From: an uncultured Candidatus Saccharibacteria bacterium
Lineage (GTDB): Bacteria; Patescibacteriota; Minisyncoccia; Phycocordibacterales; UBA1006
Direction: 5' to 3'
DNA: 64,000 nt
NCBI GenBank assembly: GCA_964350165.1
Contig: CAYGJA010000004.1
Location: 7,638-71,637, forward strand
The first letter of the stretch is position 1; each line of letters begins with the position of its first letter. The notes under the pieces were generated by a model. It was not told where the DNA came from and ran no database searches. It saw only the letters and a program-made list of their open reading frames with translations. The translations under genes were made by a program, and so were the position numbers. Shown here piece after piece: positions 30,184-40,115 of this stretch.

Positions 30184-31500
30184 ATGAGAGAGCTACAGAC
30201 GGATGATTTTATTATTGAAGGTGGACACCAGCTTTCTGGGAGTATTGACGTCAATACGTCAAAAAACGGCGCCCTGCATTTGATGTGCACCGCCCTTCTC
30301 AACAAGGGCGTATCTACTCTGCATGGTATCCCTCAGATAGCCGAAATAGATCGCATGTGCGAACTTTTCGACAGCATTGGCGTCAAAACAGAATGGATTA
30401 AAAAGAACACCCTTCGAATTACTCCACCAAAAAAAATCCGCATGGACAAAATAGACGTCGAAGCAGCCAGTCGTATGCGTTCGACCATCATGCTGATTGG
30501 GTCATTGATGCATACCATTCCAGAATTCAAGATTCCCCACGCTGGTGGTTGTAAAATGGGCGAACGCACGATTGCCGCTCATCGTTTTGGCCTCGAACCT
30601 TTTGGAGTAAAAATAAAAACCCTCGAAGACTCCTATCTGGTAACCTGCAAAAAACCTCGCCCTGCCGAAGTAACCCTGTACGAAGCCAGTGACACCGGCA
30701 CCACCAACTTGCTTCGCGCAGCCGCCCTCCAAACCAAACCATCCATTCTTCACTTTGCCACTCAAAACTACATGGTCCAAGATGTTATTGGCTATTTGCG
30801 CGCCCTTGGGGTTAGTATCGAACAAGACGGTCCAGCCAGTCTTCGGATTGTTGGACTGACGGAGATAAACCAAGATATCGAATACTGGAATAGCGAAGAC
30901 CCCATCGAAGCCATGGCCTTCATTACTGCTGGGATCATCACCAAATCCGAGCTCACCATCAAACGTTGCCCGATAGACTTTTTGCGTCTGGAACTCGCAA
31001 AACTGAAAAAAATGGGGGTAAAATTCACACTTTCTGCCGAATACACTAGCCATAATGGCTTTACCAAGCTCGTGGATATTACGGTCAAACCTAGCAAACT
31101 AGTCGCCCTGGCTGACAAAATCCACCCCTTGCCTTACCCTGGCATCAACGTCGACAACCTGCCTTTCTTTGTCCCTATTGCGGCTCTGGCCGAAGGGAGA
31201 ACCCTTATCCATGATTGGATGTGGGAAAACCGAGCGATTTATTTTACGTACCTCAATCAACTAGGAGCCAGTGTGACTTTGGCCGATCCTCATCGGGTTT
31301 TTGTAGATGGTGTTAATGGCTTGCGAGCCAATCAGATTGTCTGCCCACCAGCCCTCCGACCATCAATGATTATCCTCCTGGCCATGCTGGCGGCACCTGG
31401 CCAATCGATTCTACGCAATGTGTATTCCATCAAGCGTGGCTACGAAGACCTCCCTCAGCGCCTTGGAAAAATTGGCGCCAAAATAAAAGAGTTGAGTTAG
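30184..31500 (+). CDS. murA: UDP-N-acetylglucosamine 1-carboxyvinyltransferase
   Basis: SKNGAL, RST, GGCKMGERT with active-site Cys, PYPG, IKRGYE. Confidence 0.93.
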   Translation: MRELQTDDFIIEGGHQLSGSIDVNTSKNGALHLMCTALLNKGVSTLHGIPQIAEIDRMCELFDSIGVKTEWIKKNTLRITPPKKIRMDKIDVEAASRMRSTIMLIGSLMHTIPEFKIPHAGGCKMGERTIAAHRFGLEPFGVKIKTLEDSYLVTCKKPRPAEVTLYEASDTGTTNLLRAAALQTKPSILHFATQNYMVQDVIGYLRALGVSIEQDGPASLRIVGLTEINQDIEYWNSEDPIEAMAFITAGIITKSELTIKRCPIDFLRLELAKLKKMGVKFTLSAEYTSHNGFTKLVDITVKPSKLVALADKIHPLPYPGINVDNLPFFVPIAALAEGRTLIHDWMWENRAIYFTYLNQLGASVTLADPHRVFVDGVNGLRANQIVCPPALRPSMIILLAMLAAPGQSILRNVYSIKRGYEDLPQRLGKIGAKIKELS

Positions 31501-31522
31501 GCCGGACTCCTTCATGATAATT

Positions 31523-31559
31523 AAAGCGACCCCAATCATCCCGATTGGTGTCGCTTTTT
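31523..31559 (+). terminator. Intrinsic terminator after murA
   Basis: AAAGCGAC-CCAATC...GATTGG-GTCGCTTT followed by T run. Confidence 0.7.
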
Positions 31560-31575
31560 GTTATGATGGGCAGAC

Positions 31576-33225
31576 ATGAAAAGCATTTCTGTAATTCCTA
31601 TCACCAACGCTCCGCTACCCGAAACGTTGTCATACTTTGCTCGCGAAGACCTCCCTATTGGAGCCTTGATCCAAATTCCCGTTGGGAACAAAACCATGTT
31701 CGGAATCGTACAGAGCAGCGACCTTCTTTCCAAGACCAAAATCACGATCAAAAAGACTGATTTTGCCATGAAAAAACTAGAAAATCCGCTGATACTGCAT
31801 GATTTTGGCCCGGCTTTTCTGGAAACCCTAACTCAACTGTCTGTGCAATATTTGATACCTCTCCACCACACAGCGCACGTGCTATTTCCCAGCAGTGTTC
31901 TCGGTCATCTGACCGAAACAAAATCTCTTCCTATTTTTAAAAAAATAATAATCTGCCCCACCTGGCGCCAAGTGGAATTTGTCGCTAATGAAATAAAAGA
32001 GACAGGTGTCCGGCTTCACGGCCGGCAAACCCCAAAACAACAAGCCACAGTATTACTGGGTAGCGAAAATGACACGCTCATTACTACCCCGGCCTTTGCG
32101 CATTTTTTTATAACGACCGACAACACTGCAGTTATTTATTATTCAGATAGCGAACATTATTATCGATTCCGCAAACCTTTTTTTGATTATGTTGCCTTCC
32201 TGAATCTCCTGGTGAAAAACAAGAATCAAAAAATCAAAATTGCACCCGAGCCAAAACCCGACCCAAGCAAAATCTCCTACCACGTAAACAATCAAGACAT
32301 CAAATACACCTACACGCTGGTTATTCACACCGACATTCTGCTGCATATCAAGCGGCTTATCGAATCAGGTCAAAAAGTCTTGCTTCAGGTTCCTCGTCGT
32401 GGCTTTGCAGCTGGAGTAGTCTGCAAGGATTGCAAACAAGTAGCTATTGATGACGCCAGTGGCCTGCGAATGAAAGTAGTCGAGCGTGATGGTCAATTTT
32501 TTTATGAAAGCAAGACTAAGACAACCGACGCCAGGCACACTTGCCAATATTGCCGAAGCACCAGAATAGACATGTTCGGCTTTGGCACCGAAGCCATCAC
32601 CAAGGTCCTCAAGCGTAATTTCTCCCAATACCCCATCAGCGTCCTTGATCAAGACACGGGCAAAAAAGCCTTGCTCGCGGCTCGCAAGCAAGAGGGTGGT
32701 ATTGTATTGACTACCAATACCGGTATTTGGCACCTCGATTCTAATACCTATCACGCCGTTTTTCTGGGGCTGGAATTCATGCTGGCTATTCCCGGATTAT
32801 TCCAAATCCCCAAGGCGTTGCAGACACTTGCCGAACTATCTGCCAGAGCTCAGGCTGTTTGGATACCTCTCGACCGCGAACCGCACGGAATTGTGGCTGA
32901 TTTTGTTAACCAAAAATATGACAAAATTGAAAAAGAGAATAAAAACCTAGCAAAATCAATTCATCTTCCACCACACGGAACACTGGCGCAGTTATCTTTT
33001 GTGGCTGGGCGCGAGGCAGCTGCCCCGTTAATCATTGAACTGGAATCAATAGCTAAAAATCAAACAGATACAGAATTATTTACAGAAACCAGACCTCACG
33101 GAACTTATTCAACAGAAGTAATCCTCTCCGTAACAGCTAAGAACTCAGAAAATCTTTTTGTTTTTCTCCAAAAAACCAAAAAGACCATCCCTATAAGTAT
33201 TGTCAAGGTCAATTCACGGTCGTAG
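31576..33225 (+). CDS. priA: Degenerate primosomal protein N' (PriA-like)
   Basis: N-terminal 3'-DNA-binding-like domain; PRRGFA...CKDC...CQYC...GFGTE; C-terminal LPPHG; no Walker A/B. Confidence 0.7.
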   Translation: MKSISVIPITNAPLPETLSYFAREDLPIGALIQIPVGNKTMFGIVQSSDLLSKTKITIKKTDFAMKKLENPLILHDFGPAFLETLTQLSVQYLIPLHHTAHVLFPSSVLGHLTETKSLPIFKKIIICPTWRQVEFVANEIKETGVRLHGRQTPKQQATVLLGSENDTLITTPAFAHFFITTDNTAVIYYSDSEHYYRFRKPFFDYVAFLNLLVKNKNQKIKIAPEPKPDPSKISYHVNNQDIKYTYTLVIHTDILLHIKRLIESGQKVLLQVPRRGFAAGVVCKDCKQVAIDDASGLRMKVVERDGQFFYESKTKTTDARHTCQYCRSTRIDMFGFGTEAITKVLKRNFSQYPISVLDQDTGKKALLAARKQEGGIVLTTNTGIWHLDSNTYHAVFLGLEFMLAIPGLFQIPKALQTLAELSARAQAVWIPLDREPHGIVADFVNQKYDKIEKENKNLAKSIHLPPHGTLAQLSFVAGREAAAPLIIELESIAKNQTDTELFTETRPHGTYSTEVILSVTAKNSENLFVFLQKTKKTIPISIVKVNSRS

Positions 33226-33269
33226 GTGATTGCCACAGGCAAAGCCCTGTGATAAAGTACACATCACGT

Positions 33270-33494
33270 ATGGCAATCAATGTTCGCGTAAACAAATCAA
33301 AGAAAGAGTCTGACTCAAGCGTGCTTCGACGTTTCTCTCGCGAGATGCGTGGCAATGGTGTGGTTAAAGCAACCAAGCTTAAGCGTTTTTTCACCCGCAA
33401 GGATTCAAAAAACAAGCGCAAAGACGAGGCTCTCGAGCGACTCAAGCGTACTGCTGAGTACGACAGACTTCGAAAATTGGGCCTTATTGGGTAG
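33270..33494 (+). CDS. rpsU: 30S ribosomal protein S21
   Basis: Basic 74-aa protein; ESDSSVLRRF; CPR-type ending LRKLGLI. Confidence 0.8.
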   Translation: MAINVRVNKSKKESDSSVLRRFSREMRGNGVVKATKLKRFFTRKDSKNKRKDEALERLKRTAEYDRLRKLGLIG

Positions 33495-33498
33495 CACC

Positions 33499-33897
33499 AT
33501 GGCTCGATATCTCGAGTATCCAGGACTTCAGATACGTCGGACAACCTCCGGCGATATTCCTGTGCTTGATTTTATTTCTCTCAAGAACCATGTTCTCGGC
33601 AAAAAATACGAACTCAGCCTCACTTTTACTGATCCCAAGACTTCTGCCGAACTTCATAAAAAATGGAAAGGCAAACCAGGGCCAGCCGACATCCTGTCTT
33701 TTCCTTTTTCCGAAACCGAGGGCGAGATTATTATGTCCCTCGATCAAGCGCGCAAAAAATGCCGCGATTATGATCGTTCGTATCACAATTTTATCCTCTT
33801 TTTATTTATCCACGGAATGGTTCATTTGAAAGGGCATCGACACGGTAGTACAATGGAAGCTATAGAAGAAAGTGTCCGCCAGAAATTCGGCGTCTAG
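33499..33897 (+). CDS. ybeY: rRNA maturation RNase YbeY
   Basis: DILSF, GEI, IHGMVHLKGHRH, MEAIE. Confidence 0.9.
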   Translation: MARYLEYPGLQIRRTTSGDIPVLDFISLKNHVLGKKYELSLTFTDPKTSAELHKKWKGKPGPADILSFPFSETEGEIIMSLDQARKKCRDYDRSYHNFILFLFIHGMVHLKGHRHGSTMEAIEESVRQKFGV

Positions 33898-33934
33898 TTT
33901 TTCTTTTTCTTATCAATCAACGCACAACTCTCCC

Positions 33935-35116
33935 GTGTCATCACAGCCCAAACACATTTATGCTGGAATAGATATTGGCTCCGCTACTACACGGGTGGTT
34001 GTTTGTGAGTCTGATCAAAAAAACATCCTGAGAGTTATTGGTGTGGGCGAAGCTCCCACCCAGGGCCTCCGCCATGGATACGTCGTAAACAAATACGAAG
34101 CCCAAACCAGCCTGGCCGAAGCAGTCAAAGCTGCTGAACGAGCTTGTAATCGAAAAATCAAAAACGTCTCAGTTACTATTGGCGGTATCACACTATCCGG
34201 TCACACGCTTAATCGTACGTTTACCATCCAAAAACGCGATGGCCTCATCACAGAAAACGATCTCAACAAACTTCACAAAAGCACCGAAATAGCTGTCGTA
34301 GAAAAATACCCCAACAGACAAGTGCTCCACCTCAGCCCTATCGAATACCGCCTAGACGGACGATCTATTATGGGCACTCCTCCACACGGGCTCCATGGAC
34401 ACAAACTAGAAGCTCGTTACTTTGCTATTTCTTCGTTGACACATCATCTCGAAGACCTTACTGAAGTCGTGCAATCGGTGGGACTCAATGTTGAATATGT
34501 CTTCCCTTCACCGCTAGCAACGTATGAATTTGCCCTAAAACCACGCCAGCGCACTGCCGGATCAGTGCTTGTAGACCTTGGCTCCGAGACCACCACCGTC
34601 TCCGTAATAGAGAACAACGTCATGATATCTCTCGAGGTATTTCCGATTGGATCGAGTAATATCACTAATGACATTGCCTTGGGATTTCAGATTCCCCTCG
34701 AAGAAGCCGAGCTCGTAAAAATTGGCGATACCGAAGACATTAGGTTTACCAGAAAAAAAATAGACACCATCGTCGAAGCTCGACTCAACGATATTTTTGA
34801 ACTAATCCGCGAACATTTAAAAAAAATCCACAAAGACCGCACCCTTCCTGGCGGGGCCGTTATTATCGGAGGAGGATCAGGTATAGCCACCATCGAAGAT
34901 TTTTCGAGAGTTAGCCTCAAACTTCCTTCTCGAGTTTTTTCTCCAGACACGGTGGGTGGTTCACGGCGCTTCCTAGAAAATGCTTCATGGTTTTCTGCTT
35001 ATGGGGCCTGCCAGCTAACCGCTCGCGAACGCCGCACCGGCACCGAGGGAGGATCTTTTTCAATCAAAAACACCCTAGAGACCGTCAAGGGTTTTTTCAG
35101 TCAATTCCTTCCCTAG
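33935..35116 (+). CDS. ftsA: Cell division protein FtsA
   Basis: GIDIGSATT, GLRHG, VDLGSETT, ITNDIA, AELVK; directly upstream of ftsZ; start uncertain. Confidence 0.93.
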   Translation: MSSQPKHIYAGIDIGSATTRVVVCESDQKNILRVIGVGEAPTQGLRHGYVVNKYEAQTSLAEAVKAAERACNRKIKNVSVTIGGITLSGHTLNRTFTIQKRDGLITENDLNKLHKSTEIAVVEKYPNRQVLHLSPIEYRLDGRSIMGTPPHGLHGHKLEARYFAISSLTHHLEDLTEVVQSVGLNVEYVFPSPLATYEFALKPRQRTAGSVLVDLGSETTTVSVIENNVMISLEVFPIGSSNITNDIALGFQIPLEEAELVKIGDTEDIRFTRKKIDTIVEARLNDIFELIREHLKKIHKDRTLPGGAVIIGGGSGIATIEDFSRVSLKLPSRVFSPDTVGGSRRFLENASWFSAYGACQLTARERRTGTEGGSFSIKNTLETVKGFFSQFLP

Positions 35117-35207
35117 TAATTGTTTCGATATTTTGAGGGTGTATACTATACTTATGTGACGGAATTACAGCCGCGCCTTATTTTTTGTTAAAACAGATTT
35201 CTTATAT

Positions 35208-36383
35208 ATGCCTAAAGTAAACCCAGATATCGAAGCCTTCGCTCGCATAAAAGTCCTCGGAGTAGGTGGCTCCGGAGGCAATGCCTTGAACCACATGATT
35301 CAAGAAAAAGTAGGCAGTGTCGAATACATTTGCCTCAACACCGACACCCAGGACCTCCATTATTCAAAAGCCGATAAAAAAATCCACCTTGGCAAAAATC
35401 TAACCAAGGGTCTTGGTTCAGGGATGAATCCCGATATCGGAAGACAGGCGGCCGAAGAAACCAAAGCCGAAGTTCAAGAAGCAATCAAGGGCGCAGACAT
35501 GGTTTTTATTTCTTGTGGAATGGGTGGAGGCACCGGTACCGGCGCCTCTCCAATTGTGGCGCGCATCTCCAAAGAACAAAGCATCCTTACTGTGGCAGTG
35601 GTCACCAAACCATTCTTCTTTGAAGGTGACCAACGAGGCAAAATAGCCGAACAAGGCATCGAAGACCTCAGCAAAGAAGTCGATGCTATTATCGTGATTC
35701 CAAATGACAATATCTTGTCTGCTTCGAGTAAAGACACGAGCTTCAAAGAAGCCTTCGCCATGAGCGACGAAGTTTTGCGCCAAGCCGTCGAAGGTATTTC
35801 CGAACTCATCACCACCCCTGGTGTAATTAATATCGACTTTGCGGATATCAAAGCCATTATGACTGACGCCGGAGCGACCTTTATGGGTATTGGTGTAGCC
35901 GCTGGAGAAAACCGAGCCGAAGAAGCTGCCCTAAAAGCGATTAACTCTCCTCTACTAGATATCTCCATCAGCGGCGCCAAGGGTGTTTTGTTTGCCGTCA
36001 CCGGCAACGAAGACCTGACCATGCACGAAGTCCAAGAAGTAGCCAAAATCATAACCGAATCAATCAACAAAGACGCTCGGGTGATTTTTGGTAGTATCCG
36101 CGACGAAAACATGAAAAAAGGCGAGATGAAAGTCACTGTTATTGCTACCGGATTCAGTCCGAGCGAACAAAAGAAATCCCTCTTTGGCAAATCTTCCTCA
36201 ACCCCAGCCGAACAACCAGTAAGCCGAGTCTCTAGTCGCCCAAGCAATTCGACCCTCGAAAAACTAAAAAATCGCGAAGCAGAAGCCGAAGACATGTTTG
36301 AAGAAGAAACCTTAGACGAAATCAGTGACGATGACGAGAACTGGAGTGCCGTGCCCGCCTTTTTGCGTCGAGGCAAAAAATAG
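35208..36383 (+). CDS. ftsZ: Cell division protein FtsZ
   Basis: GVGGSGGNA, GMGGGTGTG, INIDFADI, C-terminal VPAFLRR. Confidence 0.98.
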   Translation: MPKVNPDIEAFARIKVLGVGGSGGNALNHMIQEKVGSVEYICLNTDTQDLHYSKADKKIHLGKNLTKGLGSGMNPDIGRQAAEETKAEVQEAIKGADMVFISCGMGGGTGTGASPIVARISKEQSILTVAVVTKPFFFEGDQRGKIAEQGIEDLSKEVDAIIVIPNDNILSASSKDTSFKEAFAMSDEVLRQAVEGISELITTPGVINIDFADIKAIMTDAGATFMGIGVAAGENRAEEAALKAINSPLLDISISGAKGVLFAVTGNEDLTMHEVQEVAKIITESINKDARVIFGSIRDENMKKGEMKVTVIATGFSPSEQKKSLFGKSSSTPAEQPVSRVSSRPSNSTLEKLKNREAEAEDMFEEETLDEISDDDENWSAVPAFLRRGKK

Positions 36384-36446
36384 CCCTGCCTACTACAAGC
36401 TAACTGACATCTTTTTGAGATTCTTCTTTAAAAGACAAGCAATACT

Positions 36447-37373
36447 ATGTACGACCTTATTATCATTGGAGCTGGACCAGCTGGAACAGCGGCTGCCGTC
36501 TACGCAGCTCGCAAACAACTCAAAACCCTAATCATTGCCAAAGAAATTGGTGGCCAATCAACGGTGTCAGAAGACATTCATAACTGGATCGGAACACCTT
36601 CTATTTCCGGTGTAGACCTGGCCAAATCATTCAAGGAGCATCTGGGGGAATACATCGACAAAGGCTTCCTGACGGCCAACACAGGCAGTCTCGTGGCCAC
36701 ACTAACTCAAACAGAAGCTGGCTTTGAGGTAACAACCCAAAAAGGAGAATCATTTCAGGCCAAAGCCGTTCTGGTCGCCAGCGGTAGTCAGCGACGCAAA
36801 TTGACGGTTCCGGGAGCCGAAGAATTTGATAACAAAGGCATCGTATATTGCGCAAGCTGTGATGGGCCACTTTTTGCCGGACAAGACGTGGCAGTAATTG
36901 GTGGCGGAAACGCTGGATTCGAAACTGCTGCACAACTTTTGGCCTATGCCAAAAGCGTAACACTACTACACAGAAGCGACTCCTTCAAGGCAGACAAAAT
37001 AACTGTAGACAAAGTTCTCGGTCACGAAAACATGAAGGCCATTATGAACGCAGATACCAAAGAAATCCTCGGTGAAAAATTTGTCACCGGCCTTCGCTAT
37101 GTCGACCGTATCACAAACGAAGAAACAACCCTTTCGGTGACTGGTGTTTTTGTAGAAATTGGTCAAATCCCAAGTGTAGATTTCTTGGGAGACTTGGTCG
37201 AACAAGACGAATACCGACGCATCAGCATTGATCCCTGGACCCAGCGAACATCTGTCGAAGGAATTTGGGCGGCTGGCGATGCCACCAATGTGCGTTTTCA
37301 TCAAAATAATATTTCGGCTGGAGACGCAGTGAAAGCTCTCGAAGATATTTATATGTACTTGCACGCAAAATAA
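36447..37373 (+). CDS. trxB: Thioredoxin reductase (TrxB/AhpF-type)
   Basis: GAGPAG, CASCDG, GGGNAG, WAAGD. Confidence 0.9.
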   Translation: MYDLIIIGAGPAGTAAAVYAARKQLKTLIIAKEIGGQSTVSEDIHNWIGTPSISGVDLAKSFKEHLGEYIDKGFLTANTGSLVATLTQTEAGFEVTTQKGESFQAKAVLVASGSQRRKLTVPGAEEFDNKGIVYCASCDGPLFAGQDVAVIGGGNAGFETAAQLLAYAKSVTLLHRSDSFKADKITVDKVLGHENMKAIMNADTKEILGEKFVTGLRYVDRITNEETTLSVTGVFVEIGQIPSVDFLGDLVEQDEYRRISIDPWTQRTSVEGIWAAGDATNVRFHQNNISAGDAVKALEDIYMYLHAK

Positions 37374-37424
37374 AACGCCTTGCTAAATTGAAAATATCAA
37401 AACACAAAGCGCTTTTTTTAGAAA

Positions 37425-37880
37425 CTACTGTTGATGAAGAAGGAGAGGTTTCAACACTGCAACTATGCGGTTGCAATTCTGGGTGCCAATCCAACCCAAG
37501 TAGGCACCACTACCCGATAAGCCCCCATCAACGCCTCCTTTCGGATCCCAACGGAACAAAGCTTTCTCTGTTCCTAAAAAAGGTATCCCCATGAAAGTTT
37601 TCTTTACATGGACGGTGTAAAGAAAACTTTCTGGCAATTCTGCCCCCGGAAGGACCAGCATAGTAGAAGGGCTAAAGCCCCCCACCGTAAAGACCGCCTG
37701 GTTTCTTCCATTCCAAGAATCTTTTGAAAGATTCCACATCTGAGGGGACCCTCCCCCCTGGAATTCAATAAAAATCCAGGCCTTCTTCTCACCAGCCTGG
37801 TTGGCTTTTTTTTGTGCGGAGATCGAGCCCATCGACAGGAGGGCGATCAGCATCGCACAATAATAATAATAATATTTCAT
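37425..37880 (-). CDS. Hypothetical secreted protein
   Basis: Signal peptide ending ISA-Q; beta-strand/Gly-rich body. Confidence 0.55.
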   Translation of the reverse strand: MKYYYYYCAMLIALLSMGSISAQKKANQAGEKKAWIFIEFQGGGSPQMWNLSKDSWNGRNQAVFTVGGFSPSTMLVLPGAELPESFLYTVHVKKTFMGIPFLGTEKALFRWDPKGGVDGGLSGSGAYLGWIGTQNCNRIVAVLKPLLLHQQ

Positions 37881-37939
37881 TGCGTGCTTTTTATCGATGC
37901 TACTCTTTTTTAAGCCAGAGTCAAAAAACTTGGTGCTTT

Positions 37940-39088
37940 TTACATACTAGACCTTATCGCCTCAGCGACAACGCGACTTAGATTACTTTCAAAAGGATCT
38001 GGCAATATTTTTTCGGCCGTTGGATTTTCTACCATATCTGCCAAGGCTTGTGCAGTTGCTAGCTTCATCTGGTCGGTGATGCGCTCAACCCGATTATCCA
38101 AAGCACCTCGGAAAATACCAGGAAAAGCCAGGACATTGTTTACCTGATTTGGAAAATCACTTCTTCCAGTGGCAACCACGGCTGCACCGGCCTCACGGGC
38201 TAGATCAGGCATGATTTCTGGGTTAGGGTTTGCCATTGCAAAAATAATTGGATTAACAGCCATGCTTGTAATCATTTCTGACGAAACAGTATTGGGCGCA
38301 GAAACCCCAATAAAAACATCAGCCCCAACCAAAGCATCGGCCAAGTCTCCTTGGAGAGAATTTTTATTCGTACGTTTTGCTATCTCGGCCTTGTAAGTAT
38401 TCAAATCATCTCGTCCGGTATGGACAATTCCTTTGGAGTCACAGAGGATAATATCTAGAGGAGCCCCTTCTTTTGCTTGCAGCAATAGCTTGATGATAGC
38501 TATTCCAGCTGCGCCGGCACCAGCTACGACCACCTTGGAACGAGAGATATTTCGACCGGTTACCTTGGCAGCATTGATAAGGCCAGCCAACGTTACAATC
38601 GCTGTTCCGTGTTGATCATCATGAAAAACGGGAATTCCCAAATCCTGCAACGCCGACTCTATTTCGAAACATCGTGGAGCCGAAATATCTTCGAGGTTGA
38701 TTCCACCAAAAACAGGTGCAATCCGGCGAACCGTAGCAATAATCTCGGCCGTGTCTTGAGTGTCCAAAGCCAAAGGCCAAGCGTCTACACCAGCAAATTC
38801 CTTGAGTAGAGCGCATTTTCCTTCCATTACCGGAATTGAAGCCAAAGGGCCAATATTGCCTAGCCCCAGAACGGCACTACCATCAGTTATCACCGCCACG
38901 GTTCTTCCTTTGCCGGTATAAACATAGGCATCATCTGGATTTTTTGCTATTTCCAAACAAGGGGCTGCCACCCCCGGAGAATACACCGTAGCCAAATCAT
39001 CGCGAGAAGTGATTTTTGCGGTTACCTCTACCGTTAATTTACCTTTTGTTTTTTTGTGTAATTCCAAAGCCGCTTCGTTGTAGTTCAT
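37940..39088 (-). CDS. NAD(P)-dependent malic enzyme
   Basis: VYSPGVA, TDGSAVLGLGNIG, PVMEGK, NLEDI, HDDQHGTA, GAGAAG, NNVLAFPGIFRGALD. Confidence 0.95.
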   Translation of the reverse strand: MNYNEAALELHKKTKGKLTVEVTAKITSRDDLATVYSPGVAAPCLEIAKNPDDAYVYTGKGRTVAVITDGSAVLGLGNIGPLASIPVMEGKCALLKEFAGVDAWPLALDTQDTAEIIATVRRIAPVFGGINLEDISAPRCFEIESALQDLGIPVFHDDQHGTAIVTLAGLINAAKVTGRNISRSKVVVAGAGAAGIAIIKLLLQAKEGAPLDIILCDSKGIVHTGRDDLNTYKAEIAKRTNKNSLQGDLADALVGADVFIGVSAPNTVSSEMITSMAVNPIIFAMANPNPEIMPDLAREAGAAVVATGRSDFPNQVNNVLAFPGIFRGALDNRVERITDQMKLATAQALADMVENPTAEKILPDPFESNLSRVVAEAIRSSM

Positions 39089-39113
39089 ACACGAAGTATA
39101 TCACCAGGAGTGA

Positions 39114-40028
39114 CTAGTCAGTAGGGCGCTGTTTTCTTCCAACAGAGATTGGGGTTGTGCCCGCCAAATCACCAATAACATTCACCAACTCTCCGTCAGC
39201 TGGCAAGACCACCTTTGTGTTGTGGGCTAAGGCTTTTTCTACTGCCTCTAGTTTTCGTAATATCTGAGCATTCCCAACAAAATATTGCTCGGCTGCTTCG
39301 TTGACCAATTTGATAGCCATCGCTTCTCCTTCGGCGATAAGAATTTTTGATCGCTTTTCTCCTTCTGCCTGAAGCATTTTTGCCTGACTATCAGCTTCGG
39401 CTCGTTTTATTTCTGAACGCTTACGCCCGTCGGCCTCACGTTCAACAGCGTTGGCAAAATCAAGAGCAGCAATGTTCTCATTCTCGGCCTTTACCACCTT
39501 GTTCATGGTCTCCTGAACGTCCTGAGGAGGGTCTATTTGCTTTAATTCGGTGCGAACGATTTCCATTCCCCAATGAGCGGTTTCTTGACTCAAAATATTC
39601 AACAATTCAGTATTAATGCGACCTCGCTCACTATTGGCCGAACGCAAAGTCAAAGTACCGATAATATTACGCAATGTGGTCCGGGCGAGGTTAACGATCT
39701 GACGACGATAGTCCTGTACGTTGTATTGCGAAGCCTTTACCGATTCCTCATTGTCTCGAACCTTGAAATACACCTGAGCATCGACGGTGGCATTCAAATT
39801 ATCATTAGTGATGATTTCCTGTGGCTGAGCGTCAACCATTTCTTCGGTGATATTTATCTGCACCATGCGATCAATAATTGGAATAACCCAATTAAAACCT
39901 GGTTTTGCATAGGAATTGTATTTTCCAAAACGCTCCACCAAACCACGATGGGTTGGTCTAATGATTCGTATCCCCGAAAAGAATATAATAATGGCGATAA
40001 TTATTCCGATGATGGCAAATGGTGACAT
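39114..40028 (-). CDS. SPFH/Band 7 (stomatin/QmcA-like) protein
   Basis: N-terminal TM, VERFGKY, TTLRNIIG, AEGEK/AEGEA repeats. Confidence 0.92.
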   Translation of the reverse strand: MSPFAIIGIIIAIIIFFSGIRIIRPTHRGLVERFGKYNSYAKPGFNWVIPIIDRMVQINITEEMVDAQPQEIITNDNLNATVDAQVYFKVRDNEESVKASQYNVQDYRRQIVNLARTTLRNIIGTLTLRSANSERGRINTELLNILSQETAHWGMEIVRTELKQIDPPQDVQETMNKVVKAENENIAALDFANAVEREADGRKRSEIKRAEADSQAKMLQAEGEKRSKILIAEGEAMAIKLVNEAAEQYFVGNAQILRKLEAVEKALAHNTKVVLPADGELVNVIGDLAGTTPISVGRKQRPTD

Positions 40029-40115
40029 ATGTCTATGATTCTATTACACACTCAGTAATACCTAAACTGTACCAGAATAAACCCCAAATACCAGGCTTTG
40101 TGGAGCCCGCAAACC

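Noticed and set aside
35474-36376. 300-aa antisense ORF, and other shadow ORFs such as 1002-1550, 30502-31053 and 49840-50436
   Set aside because: They lie fully opposite well-supported genes (ftsZ, ychF, murA, the surface protein) and show no motifs; these are codon-bias shadows.
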